Shown piece by piece: positions 61,337 to 64,000 of a DNA stretch of 64,000 nt. Positions within the stretch are counted from its first letter, which is position 1, and every line of letters starts with the position of its first letter. The notes under the pieces were generated by a model. It did not search any database and was not told the origin of the DNA. It worked only from the letters and a program-made list of their open reading frames with translations. Source of the DNA: Candidatus Marinacidobacterales bacterium (lineage in GTDB: Bacteria > Acidobacteriota > Vicinamibacteria > Marinacidobacterales > SMYC01); NCBI GenBank assembly GCA_965237955.1, contig OZ250169.1:640001-704000 (forward strand). The letters are read 5' to 3'. Both the position numbers and the translations under genes were made by a program.

Positions 61337-63829
61337 ATGAGAAAACACCTGCCCGCACCCGAGCAGTTTGTCGGACAGCCAGTACCCGAACACCCCGAGT
61401 ACATCATCGTAAAAAAACTCGATTCTGGTTGCAACGGGCACGTGTTCGTCGCCCGTTCCGACACGCTCGGCCGAGAGATCGCGTGCAAGGTGATCCCTGT
61501 AGCGAATCTGATCGGTGCTGACCGCAGACCACCGACCTGGAGAGAAGAGATCCTCAAGGCGAATACTGTGCCGTCGAACCGAGTCGTTAAGTTCTACAGC
61601 ACTGGAACATGGTCAACCAAGGATGGCGATTGCGTATTCCTGTTGTCCGATCTGGTTCGTGGCCAAGCTTTGCGCAAATACCAGAAGAACTCATCCGTCA
61701 GCCTTCTCTTTGTGCTGGACTTCTTCAAGGAAATGCTGGATTTCCTGCGAGAGTTGCAGGAAGTCGGTCTTCAGCATGGCGATTTTCACGCGGGTAACGT
61801 GCTCGTCGAAGACCGCTCTGCATCGTTGATCGGAACTCCTTACGCGTTTCGGGTAACTGATTTCGGGGTCGCCCCGTTGACTAGCGGTGCCAATCTACTG
61901 GATGACTACGATCAGGTTGGGCTTATGCTGCGTGACCTCTTGGCTCTTGTGGATTACCAGACGTGCACGCCCGAGGACCGACATATGTTCGACGTCCTCA
62001 ACGACGACTTTCTAGCGAAGGGACTTTTTGAGCGAGACGCCGCTCACGACGAGCAGGCCCGAAACCCGCTTTTACTCTTCGAGTCACTGGAAAATGCAAA
62101 GCGGAGCTTTGCGGTCCATAACTTGAACCTCGCTCGGCGCACGCTGGTTACACCGTTCGACTACCTCAGTTGCGAACAAATCGGCGAATCTCATGCGCTC
62201 CTTAAGGAGTTGTATTCGGACAAGATGGTTGGCCTTCGTGTCATTGAGGAAACTAATAATCTAGTACTGACAGGACCGCGAGGGTGTGGCAAGACGACCG
62301 TCTTTCGGAGCCTGAGCCTGAAGCACCGGTTTTACACGGGAGATGATGCGCCGGAGTTGGTCTCGTACATTGGTGTCTACTACCGGTGCGACGACCTCTA
62401 TTTCAATTTTCCCCGGTACGTACTGCCTAAGCGCACTGGTGCGCTCGACGTACCCTTACATTTCGTTACAGCGACGTTGATGCGCGAAATGCTGGAGTCC
62501 TTAGGCCTCTGGCTCCCACGACACTTTCCCGAGGCGTGGCAGCGCGACGAGCGGAACGTCGCACGCGAACTGTGGAAAGTACTCGGTCTGAAAAAGCCAC
62601 AGCAGCCTAGCGCCGACACGTTTGCTGTGATTCAGCGCGCGCTCGGACAGGAGCGCGAGCGTGCGGCGAAGAAACAGCGGTTCGTGGACGACCCCACCCA
62701 TTCGTTCGGAGAATACTTTGGTCCGGGAGTCCTGCCGACGTTCTGCTCGATGCTTCTCGAGCGAATGTCATGCCTCGCTGGACGGCCAATCTTCTTTTTT
62801 TTTGATGACTACTCGAAGCCGAAGATTAGCAGAGATTTACAGCAGAACGCAAATCGGCTTCTGATGCAGCGTAGCCCATCGTGTTTTTTCAAGCTAGCCA
62901 CTGAGAGCCCGGCTTCATACGAGAGCAGCGACATTGATGGGAAGTCTTACGTCGAAGGACGCGAGTTTCGTCTCGTCAATCTCGGGATCGACTTTATCAA
63001 GTCAGAGAGCGATGACAAGCTGCGGTTCGTTGATGATGTCTTCGGTCGGCGGTTTCAATACACGAAAGACTATCCGGTGTCATCGCTTGAAACTCTTGTC
63101 GGCGACGAGCCGAACGAGTTTTCGCACAACGAGATGGCTAGAGCGCTTCGAGACGGCAAGCATCCAAAGATCTGGGGCCGTCGCGCGCTCGGGGAACTAT
63201 GCAGCGGCGACATCCATTTTCTTATCGAACTTGTAGGGAAGATGGTAGCAGCTACAGGCGGCGTGGACGCCTTAGTTGGCGAGCCGGCACCTGCGATCAA
63301 GGCTGAAATCCAGAACAAGGCGATCCGCGATGAGGCCGGCAAGTTCCTTCGAAACCTTCGCACACTCCCAGAAGGACAGGCGTTGGTTGAAGTCGTTGAA
63401 GCGTTTGGCAACGTGGCGTCCTCATACCTACGTTTCAAGGATTCAAAGAACGAAACATCTTGGCCGCCGCACCAGGCATCGCGAATTGAGCCATACGAAG
63501 ATCCTCACCTCACGGGCGCGGCGAAGGTGATCTACGAGAACCTTCTTCGCTATTCCGTTTTCATCGAGGATGTTCGCGGAAGGAGCCGGAGGGGAAACGT
63601 CGTCCCGCGCCTCTATTTGAGACGGTTCTTGATTCCGTTCTTCAACCTTACGTTTAGCCGCAGGGACTCCCTTGAGCTCAGCGTGGAGGATTTTAGAAGC
63701 CTCCTCCTCGATCCCAAGGAGTTCGAGAGAAAGAAGCGGCTTAAGAGTGCTGTCCCTCATGAGGCGACAGTCGAAGATGCCGGTCCACCTGCGCAGCTAC
63801 TCCTCAATTTCGTCCGCCCAAAGGAGTAG
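61337..63829 (+). CDS. Ser/Thr protein kinase fused to P-loop NTPase (ORC/CDC6- or STAND-like)
   Basis: LDSGCNGHV, IACK, HGDFHAGN, TDFG; then GPRGCGKT and FFFFDD; probable ATG 61337. Confidence 0.88.
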   Translation: MRKHLPAPEQFVGQPVPEHPEYIIVKKLDSGCNGHVFVARSDTLGREIACKVIPVANLIGADRRPPTWREEILKANTVPSNRVVKFYSTGTWSTKDGDCVFLLSDLVRGQALRKYQKNSSVSLLFVLDFFKEMLDFLRELQEVGLQHGDFHAGNVLVEDRSASLIGTPYAFRVTDFGVAPLTSGANLLDDYDQVGLMLRDLLALVDYQTCTPEDRHMFDVLNDDFLAKGLFERDAAHDEQARNPLLLFESLENAKRSFAVHNLNLARRTLVTPFDYLSCEQIGESHALLKELYSDKMVGLRVIEETNNLVLTGPRGCGKTTVFRSLSLKHRFYTGDDAPELVSYIGVYYRCDDLYFNFPRYVLPKRTGALDVPLHFVTATLMREMLESLGLWLPRHFPEAWQRDERNVARELWKVLGLKKPQQPSADTFAVIQRALGQERERAAKKQRFVDDPTHSFGEYFGPGVLPTFCSMLLERMSCLAGRPIFFFFDDYSKPKISRDLQQNANRLLMQRSPSCFFKLATESPASYESSDIDGKSYVEGREFRLVNLGIDFIKSESDDKLRFVDDVFGRRFQYTKDYPVSSLETLVGDEPNEFSHNEMARALRDGKHPKIWGRRALGELCSGDIHFLIELVGKMVAATGGVDALVGEPAPAIKAEIQNKAIRDEAGKFLRNLRTLPEGQALVEVVEAFGNVASSYLRFKDSKNETSWPPHQASRIEPYEDPHLTGAAKVIYENLLRYSVFIEDVRGRSRRGNVVPRLYLRRFLIPFFNLTFSRRDSLELSVEDFRSLLLDPKEFERKKRLKSAVPHEATVEDAGPPAQLLLNFVRPKE

Positions 63830-63831
63830 AT

Positions 63832-64000
63832 ATGCGAGTTCTTCGCATGGATGAATGGCTCCGACAATTGCCGCATCCTGAGCTTCAGGTCACTACCGCA
63901 CCAACACTCGGTTCAGATGACGTGCTGTTGACCTGTGCTGGGTTTGAGGATCGAGCGATCGAGGCACTGCGTCGGGCGGTATCGGCGGGTTGCCGTGGCT
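63832..64000 (+). CDS. Hypothetical protein, partial (partner of kinase-NTPase)
   Basis: AAGGAG RBS; ATG 2 bp after the upstream stop; MRVLRMDEW...LLTCAGFEDRA, open to window end. Confidence 0.7.
   Translation, partial: MRVLRMDEWLRQLPHPELQVTTAPTLGSDDVLLTCAGFEDRAIEALRRAVSAGCRG

Overview
High-GC bacterial accessory region. (1) 1-50.7 kb is a decaying cell-surface glycosylation locus: many GT4 glycosyltransferases, a GT2 + DUF2304 pair, GT-C-like multipass membrane proteins, SAM methyltransferases, wecB, an NAD-dependent epimerase and a sulfotransferase-like gene. About 11 kb of it is present twice as an inverted duplication (92-11011 vs 21246-33036) around a ~10-kb spacer full of IS and group II intron debris. 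(2) Mobile DNA includes IS3, IS21, IS256, IS6, ISL3 and ISAzo13 pieces, a TGT..ACA-ended rve/DDE element in three overlapping copies (51004-54267), an ORF-deleted group II intron (43734-44715), three intron 3'-end relics and a recurrent CGTCCTGTGCCAAAACTC end motif. (3) 54.4-64 kb looks like a defence island. The main finding is a tightly coupled five-gene operon: tandem ubiquitin-like protein, E2-like protein, JAB-E1 fusion, ABC/AAA ATPase and PIN-like nuclease. After it come a tyrosine integrase relic, an amino-DNA methyltransferase, a DUF262 pseudogene and a Ser/Thr kinase-P-loop NTPase fusion whose partner gene runs off the window. All calls come from reading motifs by eye; no database searches were run.
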